Shown here: positions 1 through 11,006 of the stretch, one piece after another | How the letters are laid out: each line of letters starts with the position of its first letter | Numbering within the stretch: position 1 is the stretch's first letter | From: Paragordius varius | Taxonomy: Eukaryota > Animalia > Nematomorpha | Length of the DNA stretch: 64,000 bases | Assembly: GCA_964247055.1 (NCBI GenBank) | Contig: OZ176056.1 | Span: 6,634,001-6,698,000 of the forward strand | Direction of reading: 5' to 3' | Made by a program: the position numbers and the translations under genes | The notes under the pieces: model-generated | Told to the model about the DNA's origin: nothing | Databases searched by the model: none | What the model saw: only the letters and a program-made list of their open reading frames with translations

Positions 1-977
1 GTTGGTTGTTTATTTTATTATAATATTCAACCCTTCCTGTAACTATATTTCAGTTTTTAGAATCCATATAAAATTTATTATTTAGTTTTGACGACTTTAT
101 GCTTAAGCATCTGGATACTAGAAGATTTTTGTGATTATCTTATACAAATGTAAATGGTTATGACTGAATGACGCGCCACAATATAAAAGAGAGGAATATT
201 TGCGCAGATAATCCAGCAATTTTAAATATATCAAACATTGAAATAATCAAGTTTTGGTATTAATGCCGTATTATTTTAATGTTATGCCCCATCATAAGTT
301 AAATGCCCATTTAAAAAGAATTCCACTATATTCTGAAAAAGACAACAAAACTAGGGAATAAATTTCGATATGATAATGCAATAAGATAAATGTTAAAAAT
401 TTTCTTTTTTCCAAGTTATAGGCAGTTATACTCAAGCCGCGGTCTTAAAGTTTTTTATGGCCCTAAAATATTATTTTTATGATGTACTTATTTGGATAAA
501 TATCTGCACATGTGTTCAAGAGTTATAAAATATTTACGGGTATTATATGTTGCAAGGACCTCAACTTTTAGCTAGTTACTTGTGCCATAAAAAATGTTTT
601 GTATGATTAGAAATAATGAAAAAAATGCCGAAATTGGTTCATATACGGCTTAATAAATAAATTTATTATAAAAATCCCAAAAGTAATCTCATAACGTTTG
701 TTTTGCATCTATGATTAAATTTATATTGTACATCTTCTATTAATCAAACCTCAGCGACCAAAACTTCTTTAACTCTATACCCTAAATTCTTACAGTCAAC
801 AATGTAAGGGCCAATCCACTCCTGGGTATAAACATGCAGTCATTAAAAACATAAACTTTGGGAATAGTTTTATTTTTTTGATTTTTTGATAGCAGATTAT
901 AAAAAATCGAATTTATAACTAATCAACTCATCCATACTTGTGGAGCTTTTTCAATAGCTTTAAACTAAATTTATAAA

Positions 978-1059
978 CGAGTGTTAAAGCCTTCACATGT
1001 CCGGATACAATTTAAGTCCTTACCCTTTAATAAAAAAGGAAAAAAGAGACTCTAAACTG
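978..1059 (+). mobile_element. 5'-truncated copy of tRNA-derived SINE family
   Basis: cgagtgttaaagccttcacatgtccggatacaatttaagtccttaccc...gaaaaaagagactctaaactg closely matches the 3' half of the complete SINE at 19993-20172. Confidence 0.8.
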
Positions 1060-1083
1060 TATATTTATATTTATATTTTATAA

Positions 1084-2697
1084 TCAAAGTACAACCATAC
1101 TAAGCTTTAAAATAATAATAATACTTTGAGAGAAGTTAGCATATGTGGGTATGTTTGATTCTGCAGAATTATGTGTAAGGTTGGCCACATGATATATGGA
1201 TCCAGCTTCACGGAGTTTTCTTCTTTGTTTCTCTTCAACTATCCGTTTCTATATGATTATAACGGAAATCGATAGTCAGAAAAATAAAATTAATTCTTTC
1301 AGAATTATTGGGATGATGTCAAGTAATTGAATTGGCTTACAAAAATTGGATATTAGATAATAAGGGACATTTGTTTGAAAATAAAAATTGTCCTATCTTA
1401 GGATCGAATTGGAATAAATGCACACATGCAATTCCAGACAATGGTAGTTAATGATAGATATTTTAGGTTTTTTGAAATCTTCTTAGATTTATGTATTATA
1501 TACATGTAACATTATTACTAAAATATAGGTATTTGTAGAGCCATGTAATTATAAATACATACATACAATAAATAAAAATTTATATTTATATACATAGGCA
1601 AATATATATTATATACATTATCGATTTTTTAATAAGATGATGATGGTTTTAGATACAATTTTATGCGTTACTAATAAATAAATTTTATCATTATAGTGTT
1701 AAGAATACTAGGATACAATCAGTATTTTACTAGGGTGTTTTTAGAATAAATCATTGCTAAATATTTCAGTAAAGCCGTATTTATCTGTTTAAAAATCCTT
1801 TAAATTGGGCAACAGAAAATAAAATAAATTTTAGGTGCCAGTATGAGTGTTTATATTTCGTTATACTTGTTATGTAAGATTAGTTGACCGTTTTAAAACA
1901 ATCGGGCTGGATGCTTAAATATGCGGTCACTTGTGTTAACTCTAATGAAACAAACATCACCAAATTTATAAAATTTCTAACTTTTATGTAACAAATAATT
2001 TAACATATTTATAGAAAATTATATTATTTTCGTAGAAAAAATTGGTGTAGATATGATTATTTTATATATTATTATGGATCATTTTAAAGTGTATTAAATA
2101 TATTTTTTGGATAAAAAGCATCACGGTCGAATCCGCATAGCAAATCAGGTCTGGTCCCACTCTATATAATGTCCGATGCGGAGTTTTTACAAAATATTTA
2201 TAATTATCTGTCTAGTTGCTTATAGGATTATTCTGCTAATTTTTTCTAGAGTTAATATTTTGACACCATCGAATTTATTAAATGCAATTTTATTTGAATG
2301 TTACGCTATTTATATAAAAAAATTTTAATTCAGTTTTAACCCAATTATCATTTTTTCATTTGCATCAAAATATGTAAGTAAGAAAGAAAGCAAATTTAAA
2401 TATGATAAAAGTATGCATTTTGTCCAATCAAACAAAACATTTGTAAAATACCTGAATCTCAAGAGCGGTTAATTGCTTGTCGTTGCCGTCAAAAGAGGTT
2501 TTTATAACCTTTTTATTATCGTTAAGATTATTTTGTGAATTAGGTTTCGCGTGAATATCTTTCCCTATTATGAAAGGGTTAGTAGCAAGTTTTTCAGAAT
2601 ATTTTTGTAATTTATCAGGTTGATTTTTAGAATTTATCACAGATTTTCTTGGTGGAATATTAGGAGGGTTATCTGAAGTTCCAGCAGCATGCATCAT
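1084..2697 (-). CDS. Putative two-exon gene of unknown function (Pro-rich motif, NPF motif, charged coiled-coil-like segment)
   Basis: Exon 2697-2452 (82 codons, MMHAAGTSDNPPNIPPRK...ATNPF...KQLTALEIQ, donor CAG|gtattt) joins in phase 0 to exon 1248-1084 (acceptor atag|AAA, KRIVEEKQRRKLREAG...). Both ends of the protein are uncertain and I recognise no family. Confidence 0.5.
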
Positions 2698-4092
2698 AAG
2701 GTTTAGTGTCCCCAAGGATGTTTAACTAAAAGTTTGTATAAGCAATTATATTGTGGGGAGGAATTGCAAATTATATTTTTATTTTTCGCAAACATATAAG
2801 ATTCAATTATATTTTTTAATTTCAAGATAATGCTATATTCCTTCATTATATGCATCAAATAATAATAATATATTGATAAATGTAGGAGACAAAAAAATCA
2901 ACAGTTTTATCGTGAATGAAGGTATAGTTTTATTTATAAGATGATATTTTGATAACCTCATTTAGTTGATTACTATAGGAATCATATAACTATTTTAGCA
3001 AATATATATATAGCATATTTTTATTATCAGTCAACTTTGTGATCATTGCATCGCAGATATTTACCAAAAAGGCAGAATATATATTAAATTTTTGTAACCG
3101 AAACAACTGTTTTTTCACTATGTTTAGGAATTTTTAAGGCCCTTAAAAATTTGTAAATATTTTTTAATCGTTATTTTCTTATAATTTGAAATTTTGTTAA
3201 ATGAATAGGAAACTATGTTAAACCTCATATAAAATACATTAGTTTTGACCATAATTTGTTTTTTTCAACATAAATATGGTTTTCTCATTTATAGATTATT
3301 TATTTCTTAAAAGTTGCATTTAGAGTGTTTAAAGAACTATTATCTTAGATGTGCCTAAAAGGTTATAGAATGCATATTTTAGGTTGATCCAAGGTTTTAT
3401 TGGATTTTAAAACGTTATAAAGTGGTCAAATACCCCAAAAGTTAATGAAATGTTAATCATGTGTCAAAATCATAATCCATATATCAGAATAATACTGATT
3501 TATCATATATACGCGATTACCCCTTGTCATATGTGATATTTCTGTGTTTAAAACTTTTTATATCTTAAAAAGGACTCTTCATTTATGAGATTAAAATTAG
3601 TACCGCGTTTGTTATTGATGTAATAACAAAAATAAACCCCCAAAAATATGTTCTGCATATTACGAAATTTGATTCAAGTTCAATTTTTATGAGACGGGTA
3701 CTATATGCCCATTTTAAATGTAAAAACTAATTAAATCATATAAAAATCTTTAAAATTAAACTAGCTTGACACATGACTTAGTAAAACAAAAAATAAATTT
3801 ACCACTTGACTAACTGGAATAATTTGTGTGATCATAGTGCAATATAAGTAAATTTTATCATAATTTCCCACGTATATTGTTGATAAAAAATTAATTGATA
3901 TCAATCATTTGAGAATAAAAATTGGACAAAATATTTATTATGAATTACCTGTAAAACAAGCTCTCCCTCCTTAATATATATTATTTTTATTTTATTCGTA
4001 TAAGGTTAACATGGTGCATACTGCTTAATACGCTAGTTAGATTTAAATGCTAGAAACGCAAAAATCAATAATTTAGAAAAGTAATCCATTCA

Positions 4093-4129
<37 letters not shown>

Positions 4130-4854
4130 AGGTACAGGTAAAATGTTTATGAATAAAACAATTAAAATGAAATATTTTAACCCATTAGGCTAATTACTTT
4201 TTTTTGTTTTTAGCTCGTATTATTTCATATAAATTCTATTTTGTTTTATTCAAAATGTATGATTAGATTAGCTTCCAAAAAACCAATATATCGATATTCC
4301 AATTAGGTGTTGTGCCTTTCAGGAGTTACTTTTGTTGTAATAACACCAAAGAGGTGTAGTTGTTTATTAAATTTATGGCTAGCTATACAGATACCTATTT
4401 TGTAGTGTTGACCTTGAACTTAGACAATATTTTTATTATCTTAACCAAGTAGGAAAAGAAAGTAAGAAGTATGTACATCTTGACAATGGATAAAATTATC
4501 ATATCTTAAGATGATGTATAGTTTTTCATTGACGTATTTGACGTGTTAAATTATCCTTTCATTACTTTTGTAGCAACAATATTATTTTTTATTCATTAGT
4601 TTCTGTTATTTTGTTTTGTATGGATAATCTTGGCTTAGTTTAACTAAAGATTAGGTAATAATTAATTTGGATTTATAGCCTTAAAATTTATAAAAGACAA
4701 GCTAAGTTTTGTATTTATCAATGTAAAACCGTTAAAGCGGTTTTTATAAAATATTAATATTTATTGTAGAATATAATTCATTTTCGACGCGAAATATTAT
4801 ATATTATATGAAAATTTATTTAAAAACGTGTCATATAAAAAATAAATAAAAATT

Positions 4855-4895
4855 GCGTACGGCTTCGGACACTATAAAGGATGTCCGTCCTCAGC
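4855..4895 (-). ncRNA. Hammerhead-ribozyme-like motif in PLE 3' pseudo-LTR (probably inactive)
   Basis: Minus strand gCTGAGGA-c-GGACA-loop-TGTCC-GAAG-ccgtacgc: the CUGANGA box and stem II are intact, but GAAA is changed to GAAG. Confidence 0.55.
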
Positions 4896-6143
4896 TTTAA
4901 AAAATATTCTTTATATACAATTTTTAATAACATTTATTGTTGTTTTTTCATACTAAAAAAATAAATTTAAACCTTTTGCCACTGAGAGGGGCTAAATCCA
5001 TGTCGAACAAAAATCTATTGAATTTACAAGACATATACTAAAACTAATGGATAAAAAACCAAAAACAAAAAAAATTAAAAGGGAACAATAACTTTGAACT
5101 AAAACTAAAGAGTCCATATTGGATCAATCATCAAGAATGACTTTCCATATATTCATCTTTTGTCCTTGCTCTCGTTTAAAGTTGTTTCCCCTGAGAATCT
5201 CTAATGATTCTCGTGTAAGTCTTTGATAATTATTGAAAATCGTAATGCAACTAACATTGTCATATGGTTTTCCTTTCAACAAGGTTCTACGATACAACTT
5301 TTAAAATTCTCATTTTATAAAATATACTTGTTTTCATTAGGGCGTGTTTCAACTTCTTGCGGTTTGGCCAATATACTGCAACACTCACTTGGAATTTTAT
5401 ACACCCCTGGATAATGTAATTTGGATTTATTAATATTTGATAAAAAAGTTTTTAATTTTAGACCTGGTTTAAGCCCCACCCCAATGTCAAATTGCTTTAA
5501 AATGTGAGCCGATCCGTGATATTTTTAACATAATATAAAACTTATAATTTTTGGCATTTTCTTTGGTGTTATTTAGTGATAAAATTGCTTGATTATAATC
5601 GTTTGCAGAACATCCATTTTTAAAAAGGTTACAACTACATCTGTTATGTTAAAATTTATTTGCATTATCTGTTACTTTAAGCTTGCGAAGAATTTAATTT
5701 TTAAAACAATCCTTTTCTGTAGAGAGTTATGGTAAGAATATTTATGTATGTATTGGAATGAGTGGGTATTTGATAAAAACTGCATGACGATATTGTGTTA
5801 TTCCGGCTAACTAAAACATCTAAAAATAATAAATATCGGTTATCCTAAATTCGACAGTTAACCAAGGGTTAAAAGGATTGGAAGTTATATAATTTCAAAA
5901 CAGATCAGTTCTCGTATGATGATAAACAAATCGTCTGCATACCGGGCATAAAATTTTGGTTTAAAAAAATAATTTACTATAAATTGATTTTCAAATGATA
6001 AAACGATCAGCTAGAATAGGGAAATCGGGGAACCCATCGGTAAATCGTCCTTAACTTATAATTTAAATGTAGAAAACAACAATAAATATTTTTAAAAATT
6101 GTATATAAAGAACAACTATTTTCTCCACATTTATATTTTTTTC

Positions 6144-6186
6144 GCTAAGGACGGACATCCTGTACAGTGTCCGAAACCGTGCGCAA
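6144..6186 (+). ncRNA. Hammerhead-ribozyme-like motif in inverted PLE pseudo-LTR (probably inactive)
   Basis: gCTAAGGA-c-GGACA-loop-TGTCC-GAAAC-cgtgcgc: GAAAC and stem II are intact, but CUGANGA is changed to CUAAGGA. Confidence 0.55.
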
Positions 6187-7124
6187 TTTTTATTTATTTT
6201 TTATATGACAAGTTTTTAAATAATTCGTATAGAGTTTTAATATATATAATACCATAAAATGTATTTCGCGGTTTAGATTCCCTCTTTAAATACATTTGAA
6301 TATAAGACAGAGTCTTTTGTAATTTAAAAAGATTTGTGATTAAATATTTAGCGGATATTGACTATTGTTTTGTTTTAGTTAATTTTTTCATGATCAAATA
6401 ATAAATCTAGTTTTTTACCGCTTTTGGCACAAGAATAATATTTGTCCATAAACATTCTATGTTCCTATGAGGTGTTACTACATAATTTTTCATAAAGTTT
6501 ATTATCTAAAAATAAGTTAGAATCAATTATTTTAACCAGATTGCTCTCATAGTCGATTTCTGACTTGATATCAAAAACTTAATATTGTACTAACTGTCAT
6601 AAGGATGAACTCAAGGAAAAGCATAATAATTAAACTTTAATAAGCATATATTTTACGATCCGATGTGAAAAACAAAATTTCTATTATATTAGGTGATAAA
6701 AAGAAATGTAAGCTATTAACAGAATTCAGCCAGATTAAAGTATATTATTTATAAACTTTGCTTTATATATATGTATCAAAAGTGTGAATGTTAGTTAAGA
6801 AAATTTTCCGACCACAGAGTTGAATTCATTGTTGAATCCAAACATACAATCATTTTAAATGGCATATCAAGAAAGAGGATTATTTTAATTAATGATAAAC
6901 AAAAAAAAATGTGTTTCTTTTAGGAACTGTTTCGAAAATCACTCCTCGGAGTATCAATGGTGATTCTCTTTTGATTTTCCATGTTCTACTCCTTTTTTTA
7001 TATTTTATGTAATTGGGGCTAACAGAAACTGTGTTTGATGCCTTCTTATGGGATATGTAAGTGACCATGATTGAATATAAGTTTTGTTTACCGCAAATCG
7101 CTTCATACAATGATAATATATAGT

Positions 7125-7312
7125 ATACCTTTAGCGTCTCTCTTTTCCAACTAATTAAAGGCAAGGACTGATATTGTATCATGACTTGTGAAAGTTTAAC
7201 ACTGGCCTCCCTGGACTGACTGTAATGATGATACAAATTGCTTAGTTTCGGCGTTTAAAAACTCTATAATAACACACACAGAGTAAGAGTCCGGCATCTC
7301 ACCTATTATACC
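7125..7312 (-). mobile_element. Old diverged copy of the tRNA-derived SINE
   Basis: The reverse complement (aggtgagatgccggactcttac...cagtgttaaactttcacaagtcatgatacaatatcagtcctt...gagagacgctaaa) aligns along most of the length of the 19993-20172 element. Confidence 0.7.
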
Positions 7313-7719
7313 TAATGCTCCATACCCATTTACTAAATATATAAAAATGTCCTATTACTGTCTAAAAACCATAAAGAATATCAATTTTTATGATCCAATT
7401 TTATTTAAATGGCATCATTTTATTAAAAATTAGCTTTTCACGAAGCTCCATTTTTTTGTGCTGATAAAAAAAGGTGTTAGATCACAAATGGATCAAAATT
7501 ATCCCTAAAATAAATGCGCCTTTTGCAAAATATGCCAACATGACTTTGAGACTTGTTTTTTTAAAAAATATATTTCACAAAGTGATACGCCTAATTTAAT
7601 AAATATTTTACGACAAATGCTCATAAGTCTCATGAAAAAAAAATATTTTTGAGGTAATGGAGATAAAAAAATAATAAAAAACATTAAAGGAAAGAAGGAC
7701 ATTATACAAATTCCCCAGT

Positions 7720-9560
7720 ATTGTGTTTAACTGAACTCGTATGGCTTCTTAAATTTTTTGAAAATTAGCTCCAAAACCACGCCATTTTGGCGTCTCAGTT
7801 TAAACCTAGACCTTTACCAGGAAAAAGCGCTGAGTTACATTTTTCGCCTTTATAGAGCAAATATTTGGAATCATCTTTGATACCATCGTCTCATAGATTA
7901 TTTGAAAAAATAATAAAACACTAATCTTTATATGATGGCGCTGGATAAAGGCATAACGGCTAATACGCCTGACCTTTTTTACCTAGTACGGGTAATATTT
8001 ACATTTAATATTATGGCTTCATAAATTTTTCATAAATTAGCTCCAAAACAACGCAATTTCTATATAGTGGCGCAGTTTTTGGCAGGTAGAGAAAAGCGCT
8101 GGGCAAAATTTTTGCTTTTATATGAGGAATATCTGGAATCATCATAGATTCTATATGTCCTATTAGATTCATAGGTTTTCTGATATTTGGCTCCAAAGGC
8201 ATGCTATATCGATATTGTGGCGCAGTTTCGGGTAGCCCCCTAACTAGAAGCGAAACAAAAAATCGCATGATTAAATTTTTTCCTTAATTTTGATAATACC
8301 TGGAATCATGATTGATTCCATATGCTCTCGTGGGATTTTCGAATGCCTCAAAATTAAAAAGTCATTCTATAGTGGCACATTTTTTAGGGGCAAATTAAGG
8401 GGTAATTTACTAAAACCGCTCTACTTAAATTTTTTCCTTTTTATGGATAATATTTCATGTCCTTATTGAAATCATATGGTTTGATAAGTTTTAATTTACC
8501 TTCAAAGTCACGCTGTATCGATATGGTGGCGCAGTTTCGGGTAGCCCCCTAACTAGAAGCGAAACAAAAAATCGCTTGATTAAATTTTTTTTCTTAATTT
8601 CGATAATACCTGGAATCATGATTGATTCCATATGCTCTCGAGGGATTTTCGAAAAATTGCCTCAAAATTAAAAAGTCATTCTATAGTGGCACATTTTTCA
8701 GGGCAAGGGCAAATTAAGGGATAATTTACTAAAACCGCTCTACTTAATTTTTTTCCTTTTTATGGATAATATTTCATGTCCTTATTGAAATCATATGGTT
8801 TAATAAGTTTTAATTTACCTTCAAAGTCACGCTGTATCGACATGGTGGCGCAGTTGTTGGCGGGTAGCCCCCTACCCAGAGGCCAATGTAAAATAGATGT
8901 CCGAAAAAAACTTTGTATTTATAGGATACTTGGAATCATCGTTCATTCCTTATTTTCTTAATATTTTTGGAAGAATGGCTTTAAAACTAAATAATAGTTT
9001 AATGATTTTGCAATTTTAGGGCGTAAAGGGCCTAATTAACGGCTAAAACCGCTCGTCTTAAATTTTTGCCTATGTACGGGTAATAATATTTCAGGCCCTT
9101 ATTAAACTTATGTGGCCTGCTCCTAAACAAGGCAACGATATGGTGAGGCAGTTTAGGTCCTGTAGTTCCCTACCCAGAGGCTAATAAAAGAACCCTTGAT
9201 TAAATTTTTGCCCTTTTAAGGAAAATACCACATGATTGATTCCATATGCTCTCATTAGTTTTTGGAAAAATAGCCCCAATATCAAAAAATCATTCTATGG
9301 TGGCACATTTTTCAGGGCGTAAAGGGCCTAATAACGTCTAATTTAAAAAAACCGTACGACCTAAATTTTTGCCTTTACGGGTAAAATAATAAGCACCTAT
9401 TGAACTGTTATGGCCTGATAGGTTTTCTGAAATTTAGCCCCAAAGGCACGCTATTTCATTATGACGGGGCAGTCTTTAGCGAGTGTCACTTTACCCAGCA
9501 GCCAATATAAAAAACATACGACTAAAATTATTGCCTTTTAAGGGGGAATACCTGTAATCC
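7720..9560. repeat. Tandem array of about 12 ~150-160-bp monomers arranged as an A/B ~310-bp dimer
   Basis: Recurrent anchors gtggcgcagttt (about 8067, 8217, 8525, 8843, 9140, 9462) alternate with gtggcacattttt (about 8370, 8685, 9298). 8200-8520 and 8510-8840 are near-identical. Confidence 0.85.
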
Positions 9561-9981
9561 TCATTGAATTTTTACGGTCTCATACCAAGGCGACATATAG
9601 ATTCAAAAAATTATTTTTGTGGACTGGTTTTTTTTGGAAAAATGGCAATTTTACGGCCGGTTAAAAAGAGGGCTTATATTAAAAAAGCGAGCCGACAATG
9701 TTCGGCGCAATCGAAAAAAGTAAATAAATGATCTCTGAAATCGAATGGTCCATCACGTTTTCCGGAAAATTGCCTCAAAGACACGATTTTACCGACTTCT
9801 GTTTTCAAAAAAACCGTTTTCTACACGGAGTTGGCCCGAAAGAACCTAATTCAAAAAAGGGCCAAGCTATTGTCGGGACATTCATTATTGATTATATTTT
9901 TTCGATATTTGGATTTATATAGGTCTACCGGTTTTTCGGGACCAGATCACAAAGTCACCATTTTCCATATAAATATATAGA
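7720..9981 (-). mobile_element. Non-autonomous Helitron with expanded internal tandem array (3' end not found)
   Basis: Minus-strand 5' end a|TCTATATATTTATATGGAAAATG at 9981. 9560-9981 is homologous to the complete Helitron at 31314-32299. Confidence 0.75.
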
Positions 9982-11006
9982 TTATTATTTTTATCCAATC
10001 ATAATACTCTTTGCTGCATATTCTAATCGGTATTTAATAAAAAGCTTCCAATGCATACTTACTACTACTATTTTTCATCCATTTCCTTTGAGCATCTACA
10101 ATAATTCTTTTTATATCTACATTTAAATTCTCTATCCATATATCATATCCTTTTTAATATTCTGAAAATTGCTCGCAAGACTAGCAAATTTGTAGAATGA
10201 TACTCACAAATTACATCACGCCTTACCTTAATCAAAGTACCACAATGGCCAAACAAAATAGCCCTTCATTCAACATCATAACAATCATCAAACCCGTAGG
10301 CTAATCACAATATATTTACTACAGCGGTTGCCCCTGCTGTCACAAGGAACACCACTTCAACATTCAAGACCCGACTTCAAATCAGCTGCCACCTTCTTTC
10401 AAGAACTGACACATGATACTGCTCGCTGCAACAAACGCAAATATTCAACCTGATCAAACAAACAAATTCATCGAACCTATTATAAAAGAGACCCATTAAA
10501 CAACCCTATAAGCCTGCTGATTCAGCCAGCCCTGACCAACAATACCCTAAAATTTCGATACAAAAACTGTCTGGCCATTTACCGCGGCAGAGGCCAGACA
10601 GCACAAAAAGATCTCTCATCCATCACATGACAGGAAACACAAAATCCATCCGAGGATAAAAAATTGGCATGCTCCATTCAAACTGACATCGGAAGTTACC
10701 ATAGCGACCATATTGATACTGGGAAAACTGGCTCTCTAAACCCCATGATTGATTCTTCGAATGCAACAAATGGCAAATGTTCTTCCCCAATAAAGGTGAT
10801 CTACCTGCTCCTATAAGACTGCATACTATCAAAATCAACTCAATAAAAAATTTCTTCCTAAGAGGCTGCCTTTGTCTCTACAAAAAAATATATTTTTTAT
10901 TTCCATACGGAACACCTCAACATCACTACAACCGAAGAGTCCGTTTATAATAACTATCGATCTCCAGCTTTGGTACTGTTTCCAAACCACAATAAATTTG
11001 ATGCCC

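Larger units (their letters stand above)
4788..6270 (-). mobile_element. Degenerate Penelope-like retroelement (RT C-terminus plus GIY-YIG endonuclease) with inverted pseudo-LTRs
   Basis: Minus-strand frames with stops and frameshifts read NTHSFQYIHKYSYH, FKNGC, PGVYKIPSECC, ETRPNENK and NYQRLTRESLEILRGNNFKREQG..NIWKVIL, which follow PLE RT-thumb and GIY-YIG motifs. 4788-4950 and 6070-6270 are inverted copies of each other. Confidence 0.8.

Noticed and set aside
720-830. Minus-strand EWIGPYIVDC...YRVKE resembling an LTR integrase C-terminus (WxGPYxV)
   Set aside because: Too short and broken, with no LTR or other pol motifs nearby.
4090-4120. (TA)n microsatellites here and at ~20975, 25070, 25310, 34160, 39545, 47095, 48450, 51765
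   Set aside because: Ordinary simple repeats in an AT-rich genome; noted only as likely insertion targets of family C.
5223-5414. Plus-strand 63-aa ORF
   Set aside because: Antisense shadow of the Penelope GIY-YIG remnant.
8011-9922. ORFs 8011-8268, 8776-8961, 9728-9922 (also 31274-31558, 31982-32191)
   Set aside because: Chance frames inside the Helitron and its tandem array; their mutual similarity reflects DNA repeats, not a protein family.
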